From Candidatus Krumholzibacteriota bacterium (lineage in GTDB: Bacteria; Krumholzibacteriota; Krumholzibacteriia; JAJRXK01), in the NCBI GenBank assembly GCA_963806035.1, contig CAWDWO010000033.1:30918-94917 (forward strand): 64,000 nucleotides of DNA, in the 5' to 3' direction. Numbering within the stretch: the first letter of the stretch is position 1; each line of letters opens with the position of its first letter. Under the pieces are notes generated by a model. The model searched no databases and was not told the DNA's origin. It saw only the letters and a list, made by a program, of their open reading frames with translations. The translations under genes and the position numbers were made by a program. This document shows positions 29,369-39,444 of the stretch, one piece after another.

Positions 29369-30526
29369 CTACTGTTCTCCCTTCTCGCCCAAGGCCTCGG
29401 CCGTGGCGGCGTGGACGACCTTGCCCTCGTGAAGGACGGTGCATCCTCCGACGGCGGCGTCCTCGAGATCGACGCGGAAATTGCCCTCGCGATCCATCAT
29501 GTCGCTGATGAGGTTCAGAATGTTCTTGGCGTACATCTCCGAGGAGTTCACGGGGATGAGCCCGGGAACGTTCTTCATCCCGACCAGGGTGACACCGTGC
29601 TTCACCACGGTCTCGCCGGGAACGCTCAGCTCGCAGTTGCCGCCGGTCTCGACCGCGAGGTCGACGACCACCGAACCCACGCGCATGTTCTGCACCATCT
29701 CCTCGGTGACCAGCTTGGGAGCGGGCTTTCCGGGGATGGCCGCGGTGGTGATGACCACGTCGGCCTGTTCGATGCGCGCCTTCACCAGCTCGCGCTGGCG
29801 GGCCAAGAACTCCGCGCTCTGCTCTTTGGCATAGCCGTCCTTGTCCTCGACCTCTTTGGCGTTCTCGTCGGGGGGAACTTCGATGTACTTGCCGCCCAGG
29901 CTCTCCACCTGCTCCTTCACCGCCGGCCGCACGTCGCTCACTTCGACGATCGCGCCCAGGCGCTTGGCGGTCGCGACGGCCTGCAGGCCGGCCACGCCGG
30001 CGCCCAGGATGACCACGTGGGCCGGCTTGATGGTCCCGGCGGGGGTCGTCATCATGGGGAAGATTTTCGGCAGATGGTTGGCGGCCATGATCACGGCCTT
30101 GTAGCCGGAGATGTTGGCCTGAGAGCTGAGCGCGTCCATTTTCTGGGCGCGCGTGATGCGCGGCATGCAATCCATGGCCAGGCAGCTCATCTGCTTGGCC
30201 TTGAGGGATCTCACCAGATCCAGATTGCGGGTGGGCCAGAGGAAGGAGATGAGCAGGCTGCCCTGCTTCATCTGCTCCACTTCCTCGCTGGTTGGCGGAT
30301 GAAATTTGAGCACCAGATCGGCGGCGCCATAGCCCGCGGGCGCATCGGTCACGATCGTCGCCCCGGCCTTACGGTAGGCGTCGTCGTTGATATAGGCACC
30401 CTCTCCGGCCTGGCTTTGAACCGAAACCGCGAAACCGGCCTTGATCAGCCGTGCCACGGTGTCAGGCGTCGCCGCCACCCGGGTCTCGCCAGGGTGTGTT
30501 TCCCTGGGAACGAAGGCGGTCAACAT
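29369..30526 (-). CDS. pntAa: NAD(P) transhydrogenase subunit alpha, part 1 (NAD-binding dI)
   Basis: PRETHPGETRVA, PRITRAQKMDALSSQ, GAGVAGLQA and DLAVETGGNC; start ATG 30526. Confidence 0.94.
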   Translation of the reverse strand: MLTAFVPRETHPGETRVAATPDTVARLIKAGFAVSVQSQAGEGAYINDDAYRKAGATIVTDAPAGYGAADLVLKFHPPTSEEVEQMKQGSLLISFLWPTRNLDLVRSLKAKQMSCLAMDCMPRITRAQKMDALSSQANISGYKAVIMAANHLPKIFPMMTTPAGTIKPAHVVILGAGVAGLQAVATAKRLGAIVEVSDVRPAVKEQVESLGGKYIEVPPDENAKEVEDKDGYAKEQSAEFLARQRELVKARIEQADVVITTAAIPGKPAPKLVTEEMVQNMRVGSVVVDLAVETGGNCELSVPGETVVKHGVTLVGMKNVPGLIPVNSSEMYAKNILNLISDMMDREGNFRVDLEDAAVGGCTVLHEGKVVHAATAEALGEKGEQ

Positions 30527-30665
30527 GAAGATTCCGTCCCGGTTAAAGGAATAGAAGTGCAGCGATTTGCGCCCAAGAAGATAGTCGGACCCTTCCGGGG
30601 GTCCAAGACAATCCGTGGACCTCGTTCTCGAATTCAAATCCGGCCCTTTTGAGGCGCTGGCCTCC

Positions 30666-30695
30666 TTGACACCCCCCAAGGCCCGCGATTAGCTT
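30666..30695 (+). promoter_or_regulatory. Putative sigma70 promoter for tRNA-His and hisS
   Basis: TTGACA-N18-TAGCTT, ending 12 nt before the tRNA. Confidence 0.6.
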
Positions 30696-30707
30696 AGACG
30701 CCCGCGT

Positions 30708-30784
30708 GCTGGCGTAGCTCAGCTGGTTAGAGCACCAGATTGTGGATCTGGGGGTCGGTGGTTCGAATCCACCCGCCAGTACCA
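30708..30784 (+). tRNA. tRNA-His(GTG) with no encoded G-1, G1:U72 pair, A73 discriminator and encoded CCA
   Basis: Cloverleaf GCTGGCG TA GCTC-AGCTGGTTA-GAGC A CCAGA-TTGTGGA-TCTGG GGGTC GGTGG-TTCGAAT-CCACC CGCCAGT A CCA; anticodon GTG at 30742-30744. Confidence 0.96.
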
Positions 30785-30825
30785 TGCATCCTTCCTCGGC
30801 CCTTGAAGGCCCCAAACTCTCACTC

Positions 30826-32253
30826 ATGGCAAAGCGCATCGAAGCCAAGCTCGCCAAGGGAATGCGCGACATCGTCGGTGCGCCGATTCGGCGTCGGCAG
30901 CGCATGATCGAAACCGTCCAGGGCGTATTCGAGCGCTTTGGCTTCCAGCCGCTGGAAACCCCGATCATCGAGACTCGCGAAGTGCTCGTGGGCGCCAAGG
31001 CCGGCGAGACCTCCCAGCGCATTTTCAGCTGGCGGCACGAAGAGGAGGACGCGGAGCTGGGGCTCCGCTTCGATCTCACCGTTCCCTTGGCGCGTTTCGT
31101 GGCCGCGCACCCCGAGCTGCGCCGGCCCTTCAAGCGCTATCAGGTGGGCCCGGTCTTTCGCGTGGACAAGCCGGGCGCGGGGCGCTTCCGCGAATTCCTG
31201 CAGTTCGACATCGACACGGTGGGCAGCCGCTCCATGCTGGCCGACGCCGAGATTCTGGGCGCGATGAGCGAGGCCCTCAGAGCGCTGGGGCTGCCCGCGC
31301 ACACCATTCGCTGGAACCACCGCGGCGTGCTGAACGCGGCCCTGCGCCGCGCGAAGATCGAGCCCAGCCGCGCCGCCGCCGTCATCCGCATTCTGGACAA
31401 GGAAGACAAAATCGGGATCGAAGGGGTGCGCGGCGAATTGGGCGAAGGACGCACCGATCCCGAGTCGGGCGCGCCCATCCCCGGTCTCGGCCTCCCCGAG
31501 CAACAGATCCAGGCGTTGCGCGAATTTCTGCAGCTGCAGGATGAAACGGATGAGGGTCTGGTCGAAAAGTCCAAGGAGTTCTTGGCCGGCACGAAGGGCG
31601 CCGAGGCGGCGCTCAAGGAGATCGACGAGCTCAGGGCTCATTTGGAAGTCATGGGTTGCGCCGAGCGGGTGCGTTTCTCGCCCAATCTGGCGCGCGGCAT
31701 GGATTACTACACCGGTCCCATCTTCGAGGCCACGCTCGACGAACTACCCGATTACGGTTCGATCATGGGCGGAGGCCGCTACGACGAACTCGTCTCCCGC
31801 TTCAGCGGCGAGCAGCTGCCCGGGGTGGGGGCCTCGATCGGGGTGGACCGGTTGCTGGCCGCGCTCGACCAGCTCGAGAGCCGCAAGCAGAGCGGGACGG
31901 TGACCGAGGTGCTCGTCACCACGATGGACCGCAAACTCACCCTCACCTACCAGGCCTTGGTCCGCGAGCTGCGCGAAGCGGGTCTCAACGCGGAAATCTA
32001 CCTGAATCCCAAGGCGCGCCTGGGCGACCAGCTCAAGTACGCCTCGTTCTGGCAAATTCCCTACGCCCTCATCGTGGGCGAGGACGAGTTGAAGGAAGAA
32101 AAGGTCACGATCAAGGATCTCGAGGAAGGCGCGCGCGCGGCTTCGGGCATGGAGGATCGGGCCGAATGGGTCGAACAACGCCCCGGGCAGTTCTCGCTGG
32201 ATCGCGCTAAGTTGGTTCAGACTCTCAAGAAACTTCTCGGGCACGGCAGCTGA
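30826..32253 (+). CDS. hisS: Histidyl-tRNA synthetase, divergent type resembling Caulobacter/Rhizobiales HisRS
   Basis: KGMRD, LRFDLTVPLARF, motif 2 FRVDKPGAGRFREF, HisA RGMDYYTG, HisB GGRYD and SIGVDRL. Start ATG 30826; the ORF-track start lies inside the tRNA. Confidence 0.95.
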   Translation: MAKRIEAKLAKGMRDIVGAPIRRRQRMIETVQGVFERFGFQPLETPIIETREVLVGAKAGETSQRIFSWRHEEEDAELGLRFDLTVPLARFVAAHPELRRPFKRYQVGPVFRVDKPGAGRFREFLQFDIDTVGSRSMLADAEILGAMSEALRALGLPAHTIRWNHRGVLNAALRRAKIEPSRAAAVIRILDKEDKIGIEGVRGELGEGRTDPESGAPIPGLGLPEQQIQALREFLQLQDETDEGLVEKSKEFLAGTKGAEAALKEIDELRAHLEVMGCAERVRFSPNLARGMDYYTGPIFEATLDELPDYGSIMGGGRYDELVSRFSGEQLPGVGASIGVDRLLAALDQLESRKQSGTVTEVLVTTMDRKLTLTYQALVRELREAGLNAEIYLNPKARLGDQLKYASFWQIPYALIVGEDELKEEKVTIKDLEEGARAASGMEDRAEWVEQRPGQFSLDRAKLVQTLKKLLGHGS

Positions 32254-32318
32254 CCCCCCGGCCCGCCCAGAGAATTTCGCCGCACGCGCCCCCCTGCTCG
32301 CGCGGCTGGAATGCGCTG

Positions 32319-32327
32319 TGCTATAAT
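32319..32327 (+). promoter_or_regulatory. Extended -10 promoter (near-leaderless transcript) for the SGNH-MBOAT pair
   Basis: TGcTATAAT ends 10 nt before ATG 32338. Confidence 0.5.
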
Positions 32328-32337
32328 TTTTGCTCTC

Positions 32338-33423
32338 ATGACCAGGTCCTTCCCATCCCATTTCAAACAAATTCTGGCCAGTATCGGCGCAGTGGTATTG
32401 GTGTTGTGCGCCATGGAGATCGTGCTGCGCTTCTTCATCGCCAGCCCTTCGACCACCGAACCCGACCCGCAGTTCGAGTATTTTCAGCGCCCCTATTCGT
32501 ACCAGGTATTCAGTTCGGAAGGCTATAGCCGGGCGCGCGCAAACCGCTTCGGTCTCAACGACGATGACCCCCTGCCGCGCAAACCGCCCCTGCGCGCCCT
32601 CTTGATCGGCGACTCCTACACCGAAGCCATGCAGGTCTACCCTTCCCAGAATTTCGGCAGCGTGGCCCAGTCTCTCGTCAAGGGACTCGAGGTGTGCAAC
32701 GCGGGGCACTCGGGATGGGGGCCACCCGACCTGATCGCTTTCGCCGAACTTCGCGGGCCGCAGTTTCATCCAGACGTGGTGGTGATTCAGCTCAACGACC
32801 TCGATCTTCAGGAGTTCTTCAAGCAAGGCAACGTGCATCTGAAGGCCGAGGGGGACAGCTGGAAAATGGTGGTTCCCACCCTCGTCGCGGACACCTCGAC
32901 CAGCCACCAACTCCTGCGCAGCGCGCTTCAGCATTCGGCCCTGCTCACCCTGATGGGACGTCGCGGAGAGGCGCTGATCCACGAGGAGAAGGCCCGTCTG
33001 TCGCGGCACTTCCTCACGCGTCCCGCGAGCGCGTCGAACGGGCCCGAGGGGGACCCGTCGGAGGATCCGGATGCGGTCGATTCGACCGGCGTGCCCTACC
33101 GGGCGGTGGACATGCTCTGCTACTTGCACGAGGAGTTGAGCGCGCACTATCCCGACCCCATCTACGTGTACATTCCGCACATTTCGTATTTGGACGGGAC
33201 GGACGATATGCCGCGGCGGCGCGCGATCTACCATGAATTCGCAGCGCGCTGTGGAGCCACCCTCATCGATCCCACCGATGCCCTGCTCGCGGAATTTCGC
33301 CTTCACGGCCAACCGTGTCATGGATTTCAGAACAGCAAGATGGGCAAAGGCCATCTGAACGCGCGCGGTCACCGGGTGGTGGGCAAGTTGCTCGCTGCTG
33401 AATTGAGGAAGCGCCTGCCATGA
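32338..33423 (+). CDS. Membrane-anchored SGNH/GDSL-fold protein (AlgJ/PatB-like O-acyltransferase partner)
   Basis: N-terminal TM helix; LLIGDSYTEA, NAGHSG, QLND and GHLNARGH; overlaps the MBOAT start. Confidence 0.78.
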   Translation: MTRSFPSHFKQILASIGAVVLVLCAMEIVLRFFIASPSTTEPDPQFEYFQRPYSYQVFSSEGYSRARANRFGLNDDDPLPRKPPLRALLIGDSYTEAMQVYPSQNFGSVAQSLVKGLEVCNAGHSGWGPPDLIAFAELRGPQFHPDVVVIQLNDLDLQEFFKQGNVHLKAEGDSWKMVVPTLVADTSTSHQLLRSALQHSALLTLMGRRGEALIHEEKARLSRHFLTRPASASNGPEGDPSEDPDAVDSTGVPYRAVDMLCYLHEELSAHYPDPIYVYIPHISYLDGTDDMPRRRAIYHEFAARCGATLIDPTDALLAEFRLHGQPCHGFQNSKMGKGHLNARGHRVVGKLLAAELRKRLP

Positions 33424-34823
33424 TCTTTTCCTCGATCGAATTCTTCGTCTTTCTGGCGCTGGTCCTTCTGGGCCTGGGGCTCCTGCGCAAGGAAGAGGGG
33501 CGGCGGAACCTTCTTCTGGTGTCCAGCTACGTGTTCTACGGCTGGTGGGATTGGCGCTTCTGTTTTCTCATTCTGGCCTCGACCCTCATCGACTACGCGG
33601 CGGGCCGTTTCATGGAGCGCAGCACGACGCAGAGTACGCGCAAGCGCTGGCTGGTCGTGAGCCTGATCGCGAACCTGGGCATTCTGAGCGTCTTCAAGTA
33701 CGCCAATTTCTTTTTGGGCAACTTCAGGCCGCTGTTCGGCGCCGCGGGAGTGAACCTGCCGCACCTGAACATCATCCTGCCGGTCGGGGTCTCGTTCTTC
33801 ACCTTCCAGACGATGAGCTACTCGATCGACGTGTACCGCAGGAAACTGCCGGCCACGCACAATTTCCGCGACTTCGCGCTCTTCGTCTCCTTCTTCCCCC
33901 AACTGGTGGCCGGGCCCATCGTCCGCGGCGCCGAGTTCTTGCCTCAGCTCGCGTTCGTGCACCCCTTGAAGCGCTCGAACATCCATGCCGGGCTGGACAT
34001 TTTCCTGCGCGGCTTCACCAAGAAGGTGCTCTTCGCGGACACCCTGGCCACCTACGTGGATCCCGTGTTCGCGCATCCGGCCGCCTATTCCTCGGGGACG
34101 GCGTGGATGGCCGTCATCGCCTATGCCTTCCAGATCTACTACGACTTTTCCGGCTACAGCGACATGGCCATCGGCGTGGGCAAGATGATGGGCTTCGAAT
34201 TGCCGGTGAACTTCCGGCATCCCTATCGCAGCCTCAACGTCACCGAATTCTGGCGCCGCTGGCACATCACTCTGAGCGGATGGTTGCGCGATTACCTGTA
34301 CATTTCCTTGGGGGGAAACCGAAAGGGTCGCGGGCGCACTTACGTCAACCTGATGCTGACGATGTTGCTCGGAGGTCTGTGGCACGGAGCCTCCTGGAAC
34401 TTCGTGGTATGGGGCGGACTGCACGGAGTGGCCCTGGCCGTTCACAAGTTCTACATGGGCCTGCGGGGAGAGAACGCCCCCGCGCCCGGCCTGCCGCGCA
34501 AGATCGTTTCCTGGGCCGTGACCTACGTGTTCGTGCTGGTGACCTGGGTGTTCTTCCGCGCCCAGAACTTCTCCACCGCCTGGACCTATTTGCAGAAGCT
34601 CGCCTTCGCGAACGCGCGTGGCATCGAGTGGTACTACGTACAAGCCATGGTGGTGATCGCGTTAGGGGCGGCCCTGCACATCGCGGTGGTTCTGCGTGAC
34701 GACCGCGAACTCGTCATCGACTTTCAGCGGCCCATCATGTGGGGCGTTGCCGTGGGCATGATGATCGTCATCCTCCTCTACTCCCCATTCGGCAACAGCC
34801 CCTTCATCTACTTCCAGTTCTGA
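33420..34823 (+). CDS. MBOAT family O-acyltransferase (AlgI/PatA-like)
   Basis: LPVGVSFFTFQ, FFPQLVAGPI, DFSGYSDMA, EFWRRWHITLS, GLWHGA and C-terminal FIYFQF. Confidence 0.93.
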   Translation: MIFSSIEFFVFLALVLLGLGLLRKEEGRRNLLLVSSYVFYGWWDWRFCFLILASTLIDYAAGRFMERSTTQSTRKRWLVVSLIANLGILSVFKYANFFLGNFRPLFGAAGVNLPHLNIILPVGVSFFTFQTMSYSIDVYRRKLPATHNFRDFALFVSFFPQLVAGPIVRGAEFLPQLAFVHPLKRSNIHAGLDIFLRGFTKKVLFADTLATYVDPVFAHPAAYSSGTAWMAVIAYAFQIYYDFSGYSDMAIGVGKMMGFELPVNFRHPYRSLNVTEFWRRWHITLSGWLRDYLYISLGGNRKGRGRTYVNLMLTMLLGGLWHGASWNFVVWGGLHGVALAVHKFYMGLRGENAPAPGLPRKIVSWAVTYVFVLVTWVFFRAQNFSTAWTYLQKLAFANARGIEWYYVQAMVVIALGAALHIAVVLRDDRELVIDFQRPIMWGVAVGMMIVILLYSPFGNSPFIYFQF

Positions 34824-34915
34824 GCACCGAGGCGGCGGATCCGAGAGCTTTCCTCGCGTTGCGGCTTTCCAAATACAGGACTAACGTGTCCGCCAAACCC
34901 GAAGGGAGTGGTCGC

Positions 34916-36175
34916 ATGAACACGTATCCGGACGCCCGTTCGTTGTATCGACTCCCTTGGAGCAAGGCCGACAACGCCATCGCCTGGCTGGAAGTCACCT
35001 CCGCCTGCAACCTCTACTGTGAAGGTTGCTACCGGGCCAACCAGAAGAATTCCCACAAGTCTCTGGCCGAAATCGATCACGAACTCGAAGTCTTCGCCAA
35101 GCACCGCAAATTCGACGGGGTCTCCATCGCGGGCGGCGATCCTCTGGTGCATCCGCAGATCGTCGAGATCGTGGCAATGGTCCGCAAGCGCGGCTACAAA
35201 CCCATCGTCAACACCAACGCACTCGCCTTGAGCGAGGAGATGCTCGATGGGCTTCAGCGCGCGGGAGTGGCAGGCTTCACCTTCCACGTGGACAGCAAGC
35301 AACGGCGCGCGGGGTGGACCGGCAAAAACGAGTTGGAGTTGAACGAACTTCGTCTGGAACTCGCGCAACGGGTGGCGAAAGCGGGGGACATCTCGGTGGC
35401 GTTCAACTCCACCGTGTACGACGACACCCTGCGCTACGCGCCCGAGATGGTGGAGTGGGCCCAGCGCCACGCCGACATCGTTCAGGTCATGGTCTTCATA
35501 TGCTACCGGCAGGCGGCGTGCGGAAGACACGATGAGTTCGACTATTACGTCGACGGCAAGAAGATCGACATGAACGAGCTTGTTTACAGCCGGCCCACCG
35601 GTGAGCAGCGGCTGGACATTTCTTCGCGCGACGTGGTGGCGGAGATTCGCAAGCGCTTTCCCGGGTTCACGCCCAGTGCCTATCTGAACGGGACGCACGA
35701 TTTCGATTCACTGAAGTGGTTGTTGACCACCTATGCCGTCAGCGGCAACGAGGTGCTGGGCTACGCGGGCCCGCGCTTTTCCGAACTCGCCCAGAACCTG
35801 CACCACTTTCGCAGAGGGCGCTGGCTCGCCTACGAGCCGCCCTCCACCCTGGCCAAAGGGCGCTCGATCACCGCGCTCGGAGGACTTTTCGATTCCGGAA
35901 TGAGAAAGGCGATGCGTTCGTGGTCCACGCGCCCGTGGCGTTGGAAGTCGCCGGTGCGTCTGCAGTCAGTCATGATCATCCAGCCCATCGATGTGCTGGA
36001 TGGGGGCGAGATGAACATGTGCGACTCCTGCCCGGACATCACGGTCTACGGCGACGAGCTGGTCTGGTCGTGTCGACTGGAAGAGCTGATGAGATGCGGG
36101 GGCTTCGCCCATGCGGTAGCCAAGAAGCCGGCGGCAGCTCGGAAGGAATGGGCGCAAAACGCGCGCGCGGACTAA
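34916..36175 (+). CDS. Radical SAM protein, function unknown
   Basis: CNLYCEGC (CxxxCxxC), GGDPLVHP, and a C-terminal CDSCPD...SCR cysteine cluster; start ATG 34916. Confidence 0.85.
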   Translation: MNTYPDARSLYRLPWSKADNAIAWLEVTSACNLYCEGCYRANQKNSHKSLAEIDHELEVFAKHRKFDGVSIAGGDPLVHPQIVEIVAMVRKRGYKPIVNTNALALSEEMLDGLQRAGVAGFTFHVDSKQRRAGWTGKNELELNELRLELAQRVAKAGDISVAFNSTVYDDTLRYAPEMVEWAQRHADIVQVMVFICYRQAACGRHDEFDYYVDGKKIDMNELVYSRPTGEQRLDISSRDVVAEIRKRFPGFTPSAYLNGTHDFDSLKWLLTTYAVSGNEVLGYAGPRFSELAQNLHHFRRGRWLAYEPPSTLAKGRSITALGGLFDSGMRKAMRSWSTRPWRWKSPVRLQSVMIIQPIDVLDGGEMNMCDSCPDITVYGDELVWSCRLEELMRCGGFAHAVAKKPAAARKEWAQNARAD

Positions 36176-36196
36176 CTGACAGGAAATTCCGGCATG

Positions 36197-36223
36197 AAAA
36201 AGGGCGGCCATCGGGCCGCCCTT
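36197..36223. terminator. Intrinsic terminator (U-tract on the minus strand, for gltA)
   Basis: AAAAAGGGCGGCC-ATCG-GGCCGCCCTT between convergent genes. Confidence 0.7.
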
Positions 36224-36247
36224 CGTCTTCTCGCTCGAGGCCGGTAC

Positions 36248-37537
<1,290 letters not shown>

Positions 37538-37650
37538 GAAACTGCTCCCTGTTCTAAAGTGGGGCGGTGGAGTCGAGAATGGCGCCTCGACATTTACGGG
37601 CAGCTTCGATTCAAACGCTCGTTTCGAAGGACCCCGCCAAGGTGAATGAT

Positions 37651-38850
37651 ATGTTGCAAAAGAACGGCATCCAAGGAACAGATGTTCACGCCGCCGATTT
37701 TCCGGCCGAGGACGAAACGGATCTCAAGGAGCCCCGCTGGGAACTGGCCCGCGTGGCGCGCGGCTTCTTGAGGCGGCTTCGCTGGGGAGTCCGCCTTCTG
37801 ATCTTGGGCGCGGGCGTTCTGCTCGCGGTCCAGATCGCCGCGCTCTATCGCATGCTCGCCGACATCCAGCCCTGGCTCGGGCTCGCCGGGGTGCTCGTGT
37901 TCGTGGCGCTTTTGGCCTGGCTGCTGGGCCGCCCCCTCCTGAGTGCGTTGCGCCTTCCCAAGGTGGTGACCCCGCCCCGCATGCCCGCGGCGCCCGAGCG
38001 CACCACCTCCCACGCTCGCCGCCAAATCAAGTACCTCGATCGCTACCTGCGCGCGCAACAGCGCAATCCAGCCCTCGGCGCGCAGGGGGAAAAACTCCAA
38101 GAGTCCCTGCTGGCGGTGGCTGAGCTGCGCCGGGCGGCGCGACATCTCGAGGACGCGCGCGAGCTCTCCGCGCGCATCACTCATTTGGAGCGCGAGCACG
38201 TGCTCCCGCTCCTGGAACCGCTGGATCGCCGTGCCGAGACCCTCATTCACCGCGAGGCCCTGGCCATCGGAACCATGACCGCGCTCTCCCCCAACGGGAC
38301 CCTCGATGCGTTCCTGGTGCTGTGGCGCAACATCAACCTCGTCGCGGCGCTGGCCCGTCTCTACTACGGGCGCCCGGGGCTGATCGGCACCGGGGTCATC
38401 CTGCGCGACGTCTCCTCCGCCATCCTTCTCTCCAGCGTTCTGGAGCAGATCAGCGACATGGGGGGCAGCCTCTTGCGCAAGCTCGGGGAGGGCGGACGCA
38501 CCATCCCCCTGCTGGGAGCGCTGGTGGGGCCGGTCCTCGATGGCACCATCAACGGGCTCATGACGATGAAGGTGGGATACCTGGCTCAGGAACGGTGCCG
38601 TTCGTTTCGGGCTTGGGACGGCCGAACCAAGCGCGGTATCATCCGCAGGACCTTCCATTTGGTCAGTGATTCGGCCGCGCTCTTCATGGAGGAGCTCAAC
38701 AAATCGGTGGTGCAGTCTCTCAACCTGGTGAAATTCACCGCGGAGGCTGGCAAGGGCGCCGCCCAGACCGTGAGCTCCAAGGCGCTCGCCCTGTGGAGAA
38801 GCATCCGGCGCGTGATGGGCCCGCAGCCGTCCTGGGATCAAGAGCCATGA
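37651..38850 (+). CDS. YcjF/DUF697 family membrane protein
   Basis: Two N-terminal TM helices; TALSPNGTLDAFLVLWRN, LYYGRPG and GTINGLMTMKVG...CR. Start codon uncertain. Confidence 0.72.
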   Translation: MLQKNGIQGTDVHAADFPAEDETDLKEPRWELARVARGFLRRLRWGVRLLILGAGVLLAVQIAALYRMLADIQPWLGLAGVLVFVALLAWLLGRPLLSALRLPKVVTPPRMPAAPERTTSHARRQIKYLDRYLRAQQRNPALGAQGEKLQESLLAVAELRRAARHLEDARELSARITHLEREHVLPLLEPLDRRAETLIHREALAIGTMTALSPNGTLDAFLVLWRNINLVAALARLYYGRPGLIGTGVILRDVSSAILLSSVLEQISDMGGSLLRKLGEGGRTIPLLGALVGPVLDGTINGLMTMKVGYLAQERCRSFRAWDGRTKRGIIRRTFHLVSDSAALFMEELNKSVVQSLNLVKFTAEAGKGAAQTVSSKALALWRSIRRVMGPQPSWDQEP

Positions 38851-39365
38851 ATTCGACGAAACGACCGGCCCTGAATGAGCTTCCCGAAGCCTACCGCGGG
38901 TATGTGGCCGAACTGGCCGAGGGAGACATCGTCCTGACGCTGGCCGTGGCCTGGACGGAGACCAAGGCCCTCTTGCGCGGGCTCAGCGAAGAGCAGGCCC
39001 AGCACCCCTACCAAGAGGGAAAGTGGAGCATCAAAGAAATCCTCGTGCATTTGATGGATTCGGAGAGGATCTTCGTCAGCCGGGCCCTGCGCTTCGCCCG
39101 CGGCGACGCCACCGAGCTGCCCGGATTCGATCAGGATCACTATGTAGCGCACTGTAAGGCCGGAATCCGCACGCTCGCGGAACTCATCGAAGAATTTCAA
39201 TGGATGCGGGGCGGTCATCTCCGCTTTTGGCGGGGTCTGCCCGAGGCGGCCTGGCAGCGGCGCGGGATTGCCAACGGCTGTGAATTCACGGTGGCGGCCA
39301 TCGCCTGGATCATCGCGGGGCACGAACACCACCATCGCCGCATCATCCAGGAGCGTTATCTCTGA
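38847..39365 (+). CDS. DinB family protein
   Basis: GKWSIKEILVHLMDSERIF, PGFDQD and GHEHHH. Confidence 0.88.
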   Translation: MNSTKRPALNELPEAYRGYVAELAEGDIVLTLAVAWTETKALLRGLSEEQAQHPYQEGKWSIKEILVHLMDSERIFVSRALRFARGDATELPGFDQDHYVAHCKAGIRTLAELIEEFQWMRGGHLRFWRGLPEAAWQRRGIANGCEFTVAAIAWIIAGHEHHHRRIIQERYL

Positions 39366-39444
39366 GGAGCTTGCTTGGGCGAAGGAGCCGCCCTAAGCTG
39401 GCCCGGTTCGCTCGCACTGGTGTCTGCTGGAGGAGGCCGTCGAG

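Noticed and set aside
30708..30830. tRNA-His as an integration site, and the hisS ORF extension starting at 30742
   Set aside because: No integrase or duplicated tRNA 3' end was seen. The ORF-track start is the anticodon GTG.
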